This document shows, piece by piece, positions 1-9,290 of a stretch of DNA of 64,000 nucleotides. The first letter of the stretch is position 1, and each line of letters starts with the position of its first letter. The notes beneath the pieces were generated by a model. That model was not told the origin of the DNA and did not search any database. It worked only from the letters and a program-made list of their open reading frames with translations. The stretch spans positions 1 through 64,000 of the forward strand of contig JAXGNR010000006.1 in the NCBI GenBank assembly GCA_040767965.1, in the 5' to 3' direction. The DNA comes from Atribacterota bacterium. Lineage in GTDB: Bacteria > Atribacterota > Phoenicimicrobiia > Phoenicimicrobiales > Stramentimicrobiaceae. Position numbers and translations under genes: made by a program.

Positions 1-40
1 GGGAGAGGGATTTGATAGTATTCGGACTCAATACCGTTTT

Positions 41-78
41 TGTCATTGCGAACCAATTTTAATTGGTGTGGCAATCTC
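41..78. repeat. REP/RPE-like palindromic element (GTCATTGCG...GGCAATCTC type), single copy in window
   Basis: TGTCATTGCGAACCAATTTTAATTGGTGTGGCAATCTC: ATTGC/GCAAT outer arms and ACCAATT/AATTGGT inner hairpin; ends match a widespread intergenic repeat type recalled from other bacteria. Confidence 0.5.
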
Positions 79-410
79 ATACGATTATACCAGGAGTATT
101 TTAATATAGTATATCCTTAAATTTATTATTCTAAAGAATCATAGAGTTCTTTCCATTCAGGATTCTCAGAATTAATTAAATCAATTTTATTCTTTCGGGA
201 ATCTGTCTTAATCTGCTTCTCCCTGGTGATTACATTTTCCAGATCATTGTATATTTCATAATAAAATAATTTAATGTAATTTATTGGTATTGTATCTAAT
301 TGTATGGTATATTTTTTATATAGAAATTACAATTCTAGTCTAAAAAGAATTTTTTAGTTGAAATTTCAATAGATTGTTTTACTGAAAATTAAACAATATC
401 TTTAGACATA

Positions 411-500
411 TAATCGTTCAAGGCAAACTGCCTGAAAAGGCAGGACGCAAAGTGATGGACCTAAAGCAATACTTTGCTATGGTCGCCACACTGCCGATTT
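411..500 (+). ncRNA. c-di-GMP-I (GEMM) riboswitch
   Basis: AAGGCAAACTGCCTGAAAAGGCAGGACGCAAAG...CCTAAAG...ATGGTCGCC...CTGCCGA matches GEMM core; P1 AATCG(412-416)/CGATT(495-499); G20- and C92-equivalent bases retained. Confidence 0.93.
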
Positions 501-709
501 ATTTTTTATTTCTTGATGCTTTTAACTATACTTCTTAAATGTAAATGAAAATCTTTATTAGGAGGTGGTACTTTAATAATATGCAAGTTGCTAACCTGTG
601 CTAAGCAATTTCTTTTTATAAATAGCTAAATAAGAAAACACCTTTTATTTGTTATTATTTTAAACACCCACAACTAACCCATTTATAAATTTTTTAGGAG
701 AACAATAAT

Positions 710-2722
710 ATGAAACAAAGCAAAAATAAAATCATCTTTCTTGTTTTTGGTTTACTTTTAATGATATCTCTGGCCTTTGCATTTTCCGGCTGCGTACCCC
801 AGCTACCGGAAGTCATAGAGGTAACCGGAGTAGAGATCACCGAAGAAGACCAGTCAATGAAAGTTGATGAAAGTTTGCAATTGACTGTAATAATAACCCC
901 GGAAGATGCCACTAATAAGGCTATCACCTGGGAATCAGATAACCCTGATGTAGCTATTGTTGATGAAAATGGTCTGGTAACAGCCTCATCAGCAGGAACA
1001 GCCAATATCACTGCCACAACAGAAGATGGTTCTTTTACCGATACCATAAAGATAACGGTAACAAAACCAACTCCTGTTCCCTCTCCTGACAAGTATACCC
1101 TGACAACAACTGTCTTGCCTGCTGATAGTGGTACTGTTACCAGAGATGGTGAATATGAACAAGGAGATGAAGTGTCAATTACTGCAACCTCAGCTGACGG
1201 ATATCAGTTTGTCAACTGGACTGATGATGACGATAATAATAAAGTAGTATCCGAAGATGCCAGCTATACCTTTAATATGCCTGGGGCTGATGTAAACTAC
1301 ACTGCTAACTTTATATCTGTTTATGAGGTAAGCTTCCAAGTAATTGATGGTATACCAGCAGGAGCAAGCAGCAGACAAATTGATTCTATTAATTTATCCG
1401 GATTTAAAATAGAGATATTCTCAGATGAAGCAAGAACAGAAAAGGTAACAACTGTAACAACTGATGAAAATGGTATGGCTACAATAAAACTACCCAATGG
1501 CACATACTACTTTATCGCCAGCAAAGAAAGATACATCTGTACCCCAATGGATGAAAACTATGAAGTTATAACTTTAACCACACCTGTTGCTACTCTCACT
1601 GTTCAAGGATCTTTTACCATATCAGATGAAGATATATCAGATACAATCCTGATTATTGCCCAAGATACCTATCTAGTTACCTTTCTGGCAACAGAAAATA
1701 ATACCCAACCATCTGGAGTAAACAGGGTAATAGATCCAGTTCCTCAACCTATTCCCTTAGAGGGTGTTACTATAGAAATATATAAAGGTTATAGGGGCAC
1801 ATCAATTCAGGAGAGAACTGCAAAAGAACCTGTTGAAGAACCAAATATTGTAAAATTAACCACTGATTCAGACGGCATGGTCCAGATCTACTTGCCTAAT
1901 GGTTATTATCCCTTTACTGCCAGTAAAGATGGCTATACCTACTTTCCTCCTAGAACAACTAGATCCTCCACACAAAGAGCACTTCCGCTAGGTTATTTTG
2001 AAGTAATTGGTGCTGATGTTATAGATGATCCGGTTTCGGTGCCTATGAGAGCAGTTTATACAGTAACCTTTGATAAAAACAATGACAATGCAACTGATGC
2101 TAACCCAACCACAGCAGAAGTGACTTCTGGGGATTCCCTTGGTGTTTTACCTGAACCTCCAAGTTTGGATGATTATACCTTTCTTGGCTGGGCAATAACA
2201 GAAGATGCTTTAGAGCCAAATTTTGATAGTAATACAGTTATTGAAGATAATATTACTGTTTATGGGGTATGGTACCAGGAAATATGCCTTTATTCTTATG
2301 GATTAGAAGATTATAGTTTTATAGAAGGATACCAGAGTTCTTCTCAGACTCTGCGTTCCAAAGAAGATGATTTTCTTTACTTATACGCTAATGGCAATAA
2401 TGTTGAAACAGGTTATGTAACAAAAGATTTAATTGATTTCACTGATATTAGCTTTATTGAAATAAGCTGGGAAAATTGTGGAACTGATGATATAGCCAAT
2501 ACATCTTATCTCACTTTAAAAGATGCTGATAACAAAGCAACCAGCAGAAGAGATACAAATTGCATCACTTACTTCAGCCAGGAAGGAAAATTCAATAAAA
2601 CAAACAGATTTGATGTTAGAGCTTATAATGATTCATACCATATTAGCATTCATGCTCGCTCCACCATCTGGGATTATCCCAGTGAATTAAAGATCTATGA
2701 AATTAAACTGCTTTCAAAATAA
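710..2722 (+). CDS. Surface lipoprotein with Ig-like (Big_2) domain, InlB B-repeat-like domains and two prealbumin-like repeats
   Basis: Lipobox FSGC (Cys28); ITPEDATNKAITWESDNPDVAIVDENGLV (Big_2); GYQFVNW and YTFLGW...TVYGVW repeats; duplicated TTDxxGMxxIxLPNGxYxFxASK; RBS AGGAG. Confidence 0.85.
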   Translation: MKQSKNKIIFLVFGLLLMISLAFAFSGCVPQLPEVIEVTGVEITEEDQSMKVDESLQLTVIITPEDATNKAITWESDNPDVAIVDENGLVTASSAGTANITATTEDGSFTDTIKITVTKPTPVPSPDKYTLTTTVLPADSGTVTRDGEYEQGDEVSITATSADGYQFVNWTDDDDNNKVVSEDASYTFNMPGADVNYTANFISVYEVSFQVIDGIPAGASSRQIDSINLSGFKIEIFSDEARTEKVTTVTTDENGMATIKLPNGTYYFIASKERYICTPMDENYEVITLTTPVATLTVQGSFTISDEDISDTILIIAQDTYLVTFLATENNTQPSGVNRVIDPVPQPIPLEGVTIEIYKGYRGTSIQERTAKEPVEEPNIVKLTTDSDGMVQIYLPNGYYPFTASKDGYTYFPPRTTRSSTQRALPLGYFEVIGADVIDDPVSVPMRAVYTVTFDKNNDNATDANPTTAEVTSGDSLGVLPEPPSLDDYTFLGWAITEDALEPNFDSNTVIEDNITVYGVWYQEICLYSYGLEDYSFIEGYQSSSQTLRSKEDDFLYLYANGNNVETGYVTKDLIDFTDISFIEISWENCGTDDIANTSYLTLKDADNKATSRRDTNCITYFSQEGKFNKTNRFDVRAYNDSYHISIHARSTIWDYPSELKIYEIKLLSK

Positions 2723-2794
2723 ATTTGCGCTAAAAAATCTATAATAACAATATAATAAAATTACATTTTTATTCTATTGCAAATAAAATAAAAC

Positions 2795-2847
2795 AGAAAA
2801 AAAGAAGACTGTAATTTTTTTGTAAAATTTACAGTCTTCTTTTTTCT
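2795..2847. terminator. Bidirectional intrinsic terminator
   Basis: AAAAAAGAAGACTGTAA / TTACAGTCTTCTTTTTT inverted repeat between convergent genes. Confidence 0.8.
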
Positions 2848-2858
2848 AATATAGAAAA

Positions 2859-3050
2859 CTATTTTTGACTATCTACCCTTAACACGCCTGCTTTGGCAAA
2901 ATCTTCTGTTTCCATCTCCCTGATGATAATGCTAACAGCTTCTTTTGGGCAATCTAATGTTTCAACAATTGCCTCTGTTACCTTCTTTACCATTGCTCTT
3001 TTTTGTTCGACAGTTCTTCCTTTTATAATTTCAACTTGCAGTATTGGCAT
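2859..3050 (-). CDS. 4-oxalocrotonate tautomerase family protein
   Basis: 63 aa, catalytic Pro1 (MPILQV), GRTVEQKR motif, RBS GGAGG. Confidence 0.92.
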   Translation of the reverse strand: MPILQVEIIKGRTVEQKRAMVKKVTEAIVETLDCPKEAVSIIIREMETEDFAKAGVLRVDSQK

Positions 3051-3228
3051 AAATTCCTCCTTTTATTTTATAATATGAATTGCAAACTAATTTTATATTT
3101 TAAAAATATAGATTAAACAAATTATAACAAAACCTTAGTTTAATTAATACTCTTTCTTATTATTTGTTTTTTTGAATTATCCAAAACATTTTTTATATCT
3201 ATCAAATATGAAAATATCATTAAAATTA

Positions 3229-3813
3229 TTAATTATGCGGTAACCAAATACATCCATCTAGTTTAAAATCTGAAAAAATTGCAGTAAAGGATGATTGATT
3301 AGGACTGCAGGCATAAAACCCAAAGTTAATTAGCTCATTCTGTTTTATGGGTAAATGGAATATCCTCATTTGTTTGAATTCTATTTTATCTAAAGAATAC
3401 TCAACCAAAAAATCTGAATCTCTTCTGTTTATCCTGTACCAAATACACTGAAAATTAGGAGAATCAGCAGTAGCCCAGTCAGAATAACCATTAACAGTCA
3501 CTACACTTCCTAAGCGAGAAAAATATTTATTCTCATGTTCCAAAGAAGTTTTACACCAATTATCTTCATTTACAAAAACAATTAAACCACATTGATCGAA
3601 TCTATTTTTGTACTTAAAATCAACTCTTGCTGTAAAAGTAAAATTTTTATCTTCTTCAAATAAAAGTGCATGACCATTGTTTCTTCTAAAACCATAATAA
3701 GTTCTTTGCCAGAAATCAGTTTCAGGATCTGTAGTTATCTCAATATAGTCATCCATAATTTTATTTTTTGTAGGGCAGTTTAACCATTTTGTTTTTTTTA
3801 TATTTATTTTCAT
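3229..3813 (-). CDS. DUF1349 (Ree1-like, ConA-fold) protein
   Basis: TDFWQRTYYGF, FDQCGL, LGSVVT.NGYSDWAT, YACSP motifs. Confidence 0.88.
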   Translation of the reverse strand: MKINIKKTKWLNCPTKNKIMDDYIEITTDPETDFWQRTYYGFRRNNGHALLFEEDKNFTFTARVDFKYKNRFDQCGLIVFVNEDNWCKTSLEHENKYFSRLGSVVTVNGYSDWATADSPNFQCIWYRINRRDSDFLVEYSLDKIEFKQMRIFHLPIKQNELINFGFYACSPNQSSFTAIFSDFKLDGCIWLPHN

Positions 3814-3861
3814 AAATTTATACCATCTTTTTGTTTTTTAAATAAATAAACAGTATAGATT

Positions 3862-4083
3862 TCATTTAAATAATTTATTGCCCAGAATACCGGAAATTGC
3901 CATTAAAATCAATGAAACAATAATAAATATTGCAAATTCCGTAAATACATCATATAAAACTGCTTTTAATATAAAAGACTGGGAAAAAAGCTGCCTTATA
4001 TTAATAGAGTTTAGGAATATTTTTTTAATTATGATAAAAACAAATACAATTTTGTACATTGACCAGATAGATATTTTTCTCAT
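3862..4083 (-). CDS. Small hypothetical membrane protein (73 aa)
   Basis: AGGAG RBS before ATG at 4083; two hydrophobic stretches. Confidence 0.5.
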   Translation of the reverse strand: MRKISIWSMYKIVFVFIIIKKIFLNSINIRQLFSQSFILKAVLYDVFTEFAIFIIVSLILMAISGILGNKLFK

Positions 4084-4323
4084 TGTTTCTCCTGATAACA
4101 AAACAATATTCAATTTATTTTATATTCTACAGATTTGGCAGGAATAATATTCTATTTAAATATATTTTTATAGAAATATAATACTATCGATTATCTTCTC
4201 AGTAAAGATTAAAAGTTTTCTTCATTCTTTTTTAGAATGAATATTTATTCAGAATTATTTTCAGTTGGGGTTCGTTTTTTATTTTATGAATTATTTTTCT
4301 GATAAAATGCTTTCTTAAAATCT

Positions 4324-4370
4324 ATAAAAAATAGCCTCTTTTTTATAAAAATAAAGAGGCTATTTTTTAT
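4324..4370 (-). terminator. Intrinsic terminator of liv-cyclase-racemase operon
   Basis: ATAAAAAATAGCCTCTTT / AAAGAGGCTATTTTTTAT inverted repeat. Confidence 0.8.
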
Positions 4371-4390
4371 TAATATAAATTTTCTTATAT

Positions 4391-5056
4391 CTAATTAATT
4401 TTCCCCAGCTTTTCTTTCACATGCTCTATCATATATGGTATGGTAGGAGTTATTTTATTTTTAATCTCTGCAGATAAATATTCTATAACTGGTATCATTG
4501 AAAGTTGAGCCAACAAAATTGTATCTACGGAATCCAGTTGAGTATATTTCTTTTCAATATCATCTGCCAGGTTTTTATATAAATCAATTTCTGGATCCTT
4601 GTTTGCATCCATCGAACAGACAATTGTTTCAATTTTTGTATTTCTTTTTTCTATCATGTTTGCCTTTTCCAGACCTTGCTTTGATGCTTTTAAGGCTGAT
4701 ATAGCAGTACCGAAGATAACTAAATTATTACTCCTTTTTACTACTTCCCGAAAAAGCTTCTCATCAACAGGTAAAATTGGAACTGAGAAAAAAGGTTCTA
4801 ATTTACATGCTATTGGAGAAATACTTGAGCAGCTGAATAATATTAATTCAGAATCAGACTCTGTTGCAGATTGGACCATCCTGTATACTTTTTGATAAGC
4901 CGCATTATTCAGACCTTCTGCGGCCTTAAATTCGGGTAACAGGCTTTCATCAAGTATATTAATTATATTAATTTCAGGTAAGCTGTTGGAAAATTCATTC
5001 ATTAATCTATCAATTACACTATGAATACTATGAATTAAGGTAATTTTATGGGTCAA
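4391..5056 (-). CDS. Asp/Glu/hydantoin racemase family protein (single catalytic-type Cys)
   Basis: LIHS, ILDESLL, ILFSCSSI, PILPVDE, ILLAQLSM. Confidence 0.75.
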   Translation of the reverse strand: MTHKITLIHSIHSVIDRLMNEFSNSLPEINIINILDESLLPEFKAAEGLNNAAYQKVYRMVQSATESDSELILFSCSSISPIACKLEPFFSVPILPVDEKLFREVVKRSNNLVIFGTAISALKASKQGLEKANMIEKRNTKIETIVCSMDANKDPEIDLYKNLADDIEKKYTQLDSVDTILLAQLSMIPVIEYLSAEIKNKITPTIPYMIEHVKEKLGKIN

Positions 5057-5065
5057 TTTTACCTC

Positions 5066-5719
5066 CTACAAAACATTTTCCAGAGCAACTGCTCGAATTG
5101 GGAAAGAGTCTAATCCTACAATAGCAACCGGGATTCCAATAAAGAAAAATCTTTTTTCTTTCAAATCTGATAAATGATCCATCCGTTCAATAATCGGGAT
5201 ATCTTTAGCCATTAAATAGCGATGGGTAAACATTTGATCCAGTGGTTTAAACCATTCTTCAATTTTAAATGTCTGATCCATTCCTAACATTTTTATATCT
5301 GTGTCAGCCATAAATTTTACAGCTTCTGCTGCTAAATAATTCTGGTCATCACCTGTATGCTTTGAATTTCCCATTATAACAATATCATCTTTTTTTACAC
5401 CTATTTCTTTCAAAAATTTACTGCTAACAGGTTCTTTTGGGCTCAGCCCTGAAAGATCGGCAAAAATAGCTTCTCCTAAAAAACTTTCAAGAGGCAGCTC
5501 ACTGATATCTTTTGCTGGTTTGCCGAAACAGGGAGTTATATAATGACTGGGTGCTTCTACATGGGTAGAGATATGACTCATCATGTCTATATCATGCATA
5601 ACTTCTCCAGCGTACACAGTATACTTTCTTATCTCTAATCGACGATCATATTGTCCAGGAACACATTTTTCTGAAAGATCAACTATACGCGCTTTTTTTA
5701 GCATATCTACCATATTCAT
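5066..5719 (-). CDS. Cyclase / kynurenine formamidase (KynB-like) metal hydrolase
   Basis: IVDLS, HISTHVEAPSH, H.YLM.KDIPIIE, GLDSFPIRAVA. Confidence 0.88.
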   Translation of the reverse strand: MNMVDMLKKARIVDLSEKCVPGQYDRRLEIRKYTVYAGEVMHDIDMMSHISTHVEAPSHYITPCFGKPAKDISELPLESFLGEAIFADLSGLSPKEPVSSKFLKEIGVKKDDIVIMGNSKHTGDDQNYLAAEAVKFMADTDIKMLGMDQTFKIEEWFKPLDQMFTHRYLMAKDIPIIERMDHLSDLKEKRFFFIGIPVAIVGLDSFPIRAVALENVL

Positions 5720-5777
5720 ATTACTAGATTCTCCTTTATATTTTTTATCTTATTAATATTAATTCATCTCTTATCCG

Positions 5778-6485
5778 CTATCCGCTTAAATAGGTTTGGT
5801 GCACTTGCGGATCTGCAGCTAATTCAGAAGACTTGCCGCTCATAACAATATTACCGGTCTGAAGCAGATAAGCCCGATCGGAAATCTCAAAAGCCATTTG
5901 AGCATTTTGTTCAACTAATAAAATAGTAGTTCCCTCTTCCTTGATTCTTTTTATAGCTTGAAATGTTTGTTCTACTAAAATAGGAGCAAGCCCCATTGAG
6001 GGTTCATCCATAAGAATAAGTTTTGGTCTGCTCATCATAGCCCTGGCCAGTGCCAGCATTTGCTGTTCTCCTCCACTGAGAGTTCCTCCCAATTGTTTTT
6101 GTCTTTCGAATAATACGGGAAATATTTCCCAAATTCTTTCCAGAATAGGCTTACTTCCCTCCGGATCTTTCCGATGTACATATGCTCCTAACTCTAGATT
6201 TTCTATGACAGTCATTTTGGGAAAAATACGCCTACCTTCAGGAACACATGATATACCAAGCTTAACAATTGTAGACATACTGCTTCCTCTGATGTTTTTT
6301 CCTAAAAAATTAATAGAACCTGAGCATGTTGTTAACATTCCGGTAATTGTTTTTATAGTAGTTGTTTTACCAGCCCCATTAGCCCCAATCAAACAGACAA
6401 TTTCTCCTTCATTAACTTCTAGGTTTACTTTATGTAGAACCTGGATTTGATCATAAAAGGCACACACGTTCTCTAATTTTAACAT
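5778..6485 (-). CDS. livF: Branched-chain amino acid-type ABC transporter ATPase
   Basis: GANGAGKTT, VPEGRRIF, LSGGEQQMLA, DEPSMGLAP. Confidence 0.95.
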   Translation of the reverse strand: MLKLENVCAFYDQIQVLHKVNLEVNEGEIVCLIGANGAGKTTTIKTITGMLTTCSGSINFLGKNIRGSSMSTIVKLGISCVPEGRRIFPKMTVIENLELGAYVHRKDPEGSKPILERIWEIFPVLFERQKQLGGTLSGGEQQMLALARAMMSRPKLILMDEPSMGLAPILVEQTFQAIKRIKEEGTTILLVEQNAQMAFEISDRAYLLQTGNIVMSGKSSELAADPQVHQTYLSG

Positions 6486-6502
6486 TCCCCTTTTACTCCT
6501 TT

Positions 6503-7297
6503 CTAGGCCTCAGTGCTTATCTTTTCATGTCTTCTGCCAAGATAAGCTTCGATAACTTCAGGATTATTCTGTACATGTTCAGGAGTTCCTTCGGCTATTT
6601 TTTTACCATAATTCAATACAACAATTTTATCAGCAACAGTCATTACCAGCTTCATCCTGTGTTCAATTACCATTATGGTAAGTTTGTCTTCACAACAAAG
6701 AGATTTAATTAATTCAATTAGCTGGCCTATCTCATCGCTGGACATTCCTGCTGCTGGTTCATCGAGAAATAGTATCTTTGGTTTTAAGGCAAGCGCTCTG
6801 GCAATTTCCAGTAATCTTCTTTGTCCATAGGAAAGATTAATAGCCAAAGTATTAGCTTTATCGGCTAATTTGACCTTCTCAAGAAGTTCCATACTTTTTT
6901 TAATGGCTCTTTTTTCATCAGCTTTACCTGCTGGTAATCTGAAAACCGCATTAAAAAATCCAGCTTTACTCTGTGAATAATCACCTACTAATACATGCTC
7001 CAAAACTGTCAGGGTGCTGTAGATACGCAAATTTTGAAAAGTTCTGGTAAGTCCTATTCTGGCAATGTCCGATCTTTGCATTTGGGAAATATTTACATCG
7101 TTAAAAAGCACTTCACCCCATTGAGGCTGATAAACACCAGTAATCAAATTAAGAGTAGTAGTCTTACCTGAACCATTAGGGCCTATAAGGGCACAAATTT
7201 GTCCTTTTTCTATTGAAAAACTTAAACCATCGACAGCTTTTACTCCACCGAAATGAAGTCCTATATCCTTAACATCTAAGATTATTTCATTTGGCAT
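6503..7297 (-). CDS. livG: Branched-chain amino acid-type ABC transporter ATPase
   Basis: FGGVKAV, GPNGSGKTT, RTFQN, LSYGQRRLLEIARAL, DEPAAG. Confidence 0.95.
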   Translation of the reverse strand: MPNEIILDVKDIGLHFGGVKAVDGLSFSIEKGQICALIGPNGSGKTTTLNLITGVYQPQWGEVLFNDVNISQMQRSDIARIGLTRTFQNLRIYSTLTVLEHVLVGDYSQSKAGFFNAVFRLPAGKADEKRAIKKSMELLEKVKLADKANTLAINLSYGQRRLLEIARALALKPKILFLDEPAAGMSSDEIGQLIELIKSLCCEDKLTIMVIEHRMKLVMTVADKIVVLNYGKKIAEGTPEHVQNNPEVIEAYLGRRHEKISTEA

Positions 7298-7303
7298 ATT
7301 CTT

Positions 7304-8278
7304 CTACTCCTTCTGCAAACTTCTACGGCTAAATAGCGGGCTGATATATTTATAAATTGCATGACGGATAAATACAATAAGACCGCCTGGTTGATAAATG
7401 AGAACTATTATAATTAGTAAAGCATAAAAAGTAAGATATTTTTCTCTTAAAAATCTTAACATTTCAGTAGCAATAGTTAGAAGAGTAGCACCCAGGACTG
7501 CTCCGGGAACAGATCCTAACCCACCTACAACTAACATACACATATAAGTAGAATTAAGATTAAAAGTATACATCTCCGGGCTAATAAATCCTTGTAAACT
7601 GGCAAACAGGCTACCTGCAAAACCAGAATATATGCCACACATTAAAAAAGCTAATAGTTTTACTCTATGAGATTGAATGCCTAACATTTCAGAGCTAAGC
7701 TGGTCATCACGAACAGCCTTGAAAGCTCTACCGAATCTTGAATCTTCGACCATTATAGCGAAAATAGCAAGTAATAAAGCTATTCCAATAGCAAGAAAAT
7801 AAAAATGTAGATCTGATCTAATTGGTGCATTCCCTATATATGGTCTTGGAATACCCATTACGCCCCAAACACCACCGGTAAAAGACATCCAGTTAGTTAA
7901 AATACCAACTGTAATTGTTACAAACCCTAAAGACATTAAAGCCAGGTAAAAACCCTTTAACTTTAAAGTGGGAAGTCCTAATAATAAACTAAAGAAGCTG
8001 GTTATTAAAACTGAGCAGACAAGGGCTTGCCAGAAATTTAAACCATAATTAACTGTTAATAAAGCATTAGCATAGCCTCCAATGGCATAGAAACCTACTG
8101 TTCCTAAAAATACCTGGCCAGCAAAGCCTAAAATGAAATTTAAAGCCATTACTAAAATTATATTTATAGCAACCATGCATAAGACAAAAATATGATATGG
8201 CGCTTTATCAAAAATAGGTACACCAATTAAGATTGTAAATATTAAACCTAAAGCAATATTGCGTTCTTTTTTATACAT
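7304..8278 (-). CDS. livM: Branched-chain amino acid-type ABC transporter permease
   Basis: GFAGQVFLG, LKGFYLAL, SRFGRAFKAVRDD, GGLGSVPG. Confidence 0.93.
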   Translation of the reverse strand: MYKKERNIALGLIFTILIGVPIFDKAPYHIFVLCMVAINIILVMALNFILGFAGQVFLGTVGFYAIGGYANALLTVNYGLNFWQALVCSVLITSFFSLLLGLPTLKLKGFYLALMSLGFVTITVGILTNWMSFTGGVWGVMGIPRPYIGNAPIRSDLHFYFLAIGIALLLAIFAIMVEDSRFGRAFKAVRDDQLSSEMLGIQSHRVKLLAFLMCGIYSGFAGSLFASLQGFISPEMYTFNLNSTYMCMLVVGGLGSVPGAVLGATLLTIATEMLRFLREKYLTFYALLIIIVLIYQPGGLIVFIRHAIYKYISPLFSRRSLQKE

Positions 8279-8324
8279 ATCCTTTGTATTTCCTCCTTTT
8301 TATCTACTTTATGTATATATTAAG

Positions 8325-9209
8325 TTATAAGCCACTTGCTTCTTCCTTTTTCCCAAGCAAACCTTGGGGACGAAATAGTAAGAACGCAATTATAAGCAGG
8401 TAAACAATGGCATCTTTGTATAATGATGAAATATAACTGGCACTGAAAACTTGAAAAACTCCAAGTATTAATCCACCAAGCAATGCACCGGGAACATGGC
8501 TGAATGATCCTATTATACAGGCACCAAAACCCATAAATCCCAAATTGGACAACACAGTACCAACTACAAAGATGGGCGCAATAAGCATTCCGGCAATACC
8601 TGCCAATATTGCACTATAGGCAAAAGTAAAGGAAACAGCCTGGTTTGATTCAATCCCCATCAGGGAAGCAGTATCTTTATCCTGGGCTACAGCTCGCAAT
8701 ACTTTTCCCAAAGTAGTCTTTTGAAAAATGTAGTACTGTATAAGTAGAAGAATTAAAGTTAAAACAATAATATAAATATTCTGATAGGGAATAGTAACTC
8801 CACCGACTGATAAAAGTTTTTGGCCAAAAGGACCATCTAGCCCCATATCATATGGACCCCAAATAATCAATGCCAGGTTTCCCAAAAGCATACTTAGGGC
8901 TAATAAAGCAACGAGTTTAGTTCGTACATGAGAATTTACTAAAGGACGATAAAATATCCTTTCACAAAGCATACCGAATAAAGCCATAACAACTATCATA
9001 CCTGCAAAAGCAGGGAAAGCAGGCCAACCAAATGATCTAACAAAAGAAGCTCCATAAACAAAAGCTCCTACCATAACAAAGGCACCTTGGGCAAGATTAA
9101 CAACTGCTACTGCATTCCAGATCAAGCTATATCCTAATGCTATTAACCCATAAACGCAACCAAGAGCCAATCCGGAAACTATTTGTTGAATTATAACTGC
9201 AATATCCAT
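8325..9209 (-). CDS. livH: Branched-chain amino acid-type ABC transporter permease
   Basis: GLIALGYSL, VNLAQG, GKVLRAVAQD, RPQGLLG; start moved to ATG 9209 behind GAGGAG. Confidence 0.93.
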   Translation of the reverse strand: MDIAVIIQQIVSGLALGCVYGLIALGYSLIWNAVAVVNLAQGAFVMVGAFVYGASFVRSFGWPAFPAFAGMIVVMALFGMLCERIFYRPLVNSHVRTKLVALLALSMLLGNLALIIWGPYDMGLDGPFGQKLLSVGGVTIPYQNIYIIVLTLILLLIQYYIFQKTTLGKVLRAVAQDKDTASLMGIESNQAVSFTFAYSAILAGIAGMLIAPIFVVGTVLSNLGFMGFGACIIGSFSHVPGALLGGLILGVFQVFSASYISSLYKDAIVYLLIIAFLLFRPQGLLGKKEEASGL

Positions 9210-9241
9210 TTCCACTCCTCTTACTCTTGTAAGTTTATTCA

Positions 9242-9279
9242 AAAATATGGAGGAGCACATATATGCTCCTCCATATTTT
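9242..9279 (-). terminator. Stem-loop between livK and livH (mRNA stabiliser or partial terminator)
   Basis: AAAATATGGAGGAGCA / TGCTCCTCCATATTTT 16-bp stem. Confidence 0.75.
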
Positions 9280-9290
9280 CCTGGTTTTAT

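Noticed and set aside
581-604. MQVANLC mini-ORF after the riboswitch
   Set aside because: 15 nt from GGAGG to ATG is too long; treated as an orphan SD instead
694-1503. Minus-strand ORFs inside the lipoprotein, and similar antisense ORFs elsewhere (e.g. 25707..26258, 41674..42153, 52583..52978)
   Set aside because: Shadows of well-supported genes on the opposite strand; no RBS or motifs
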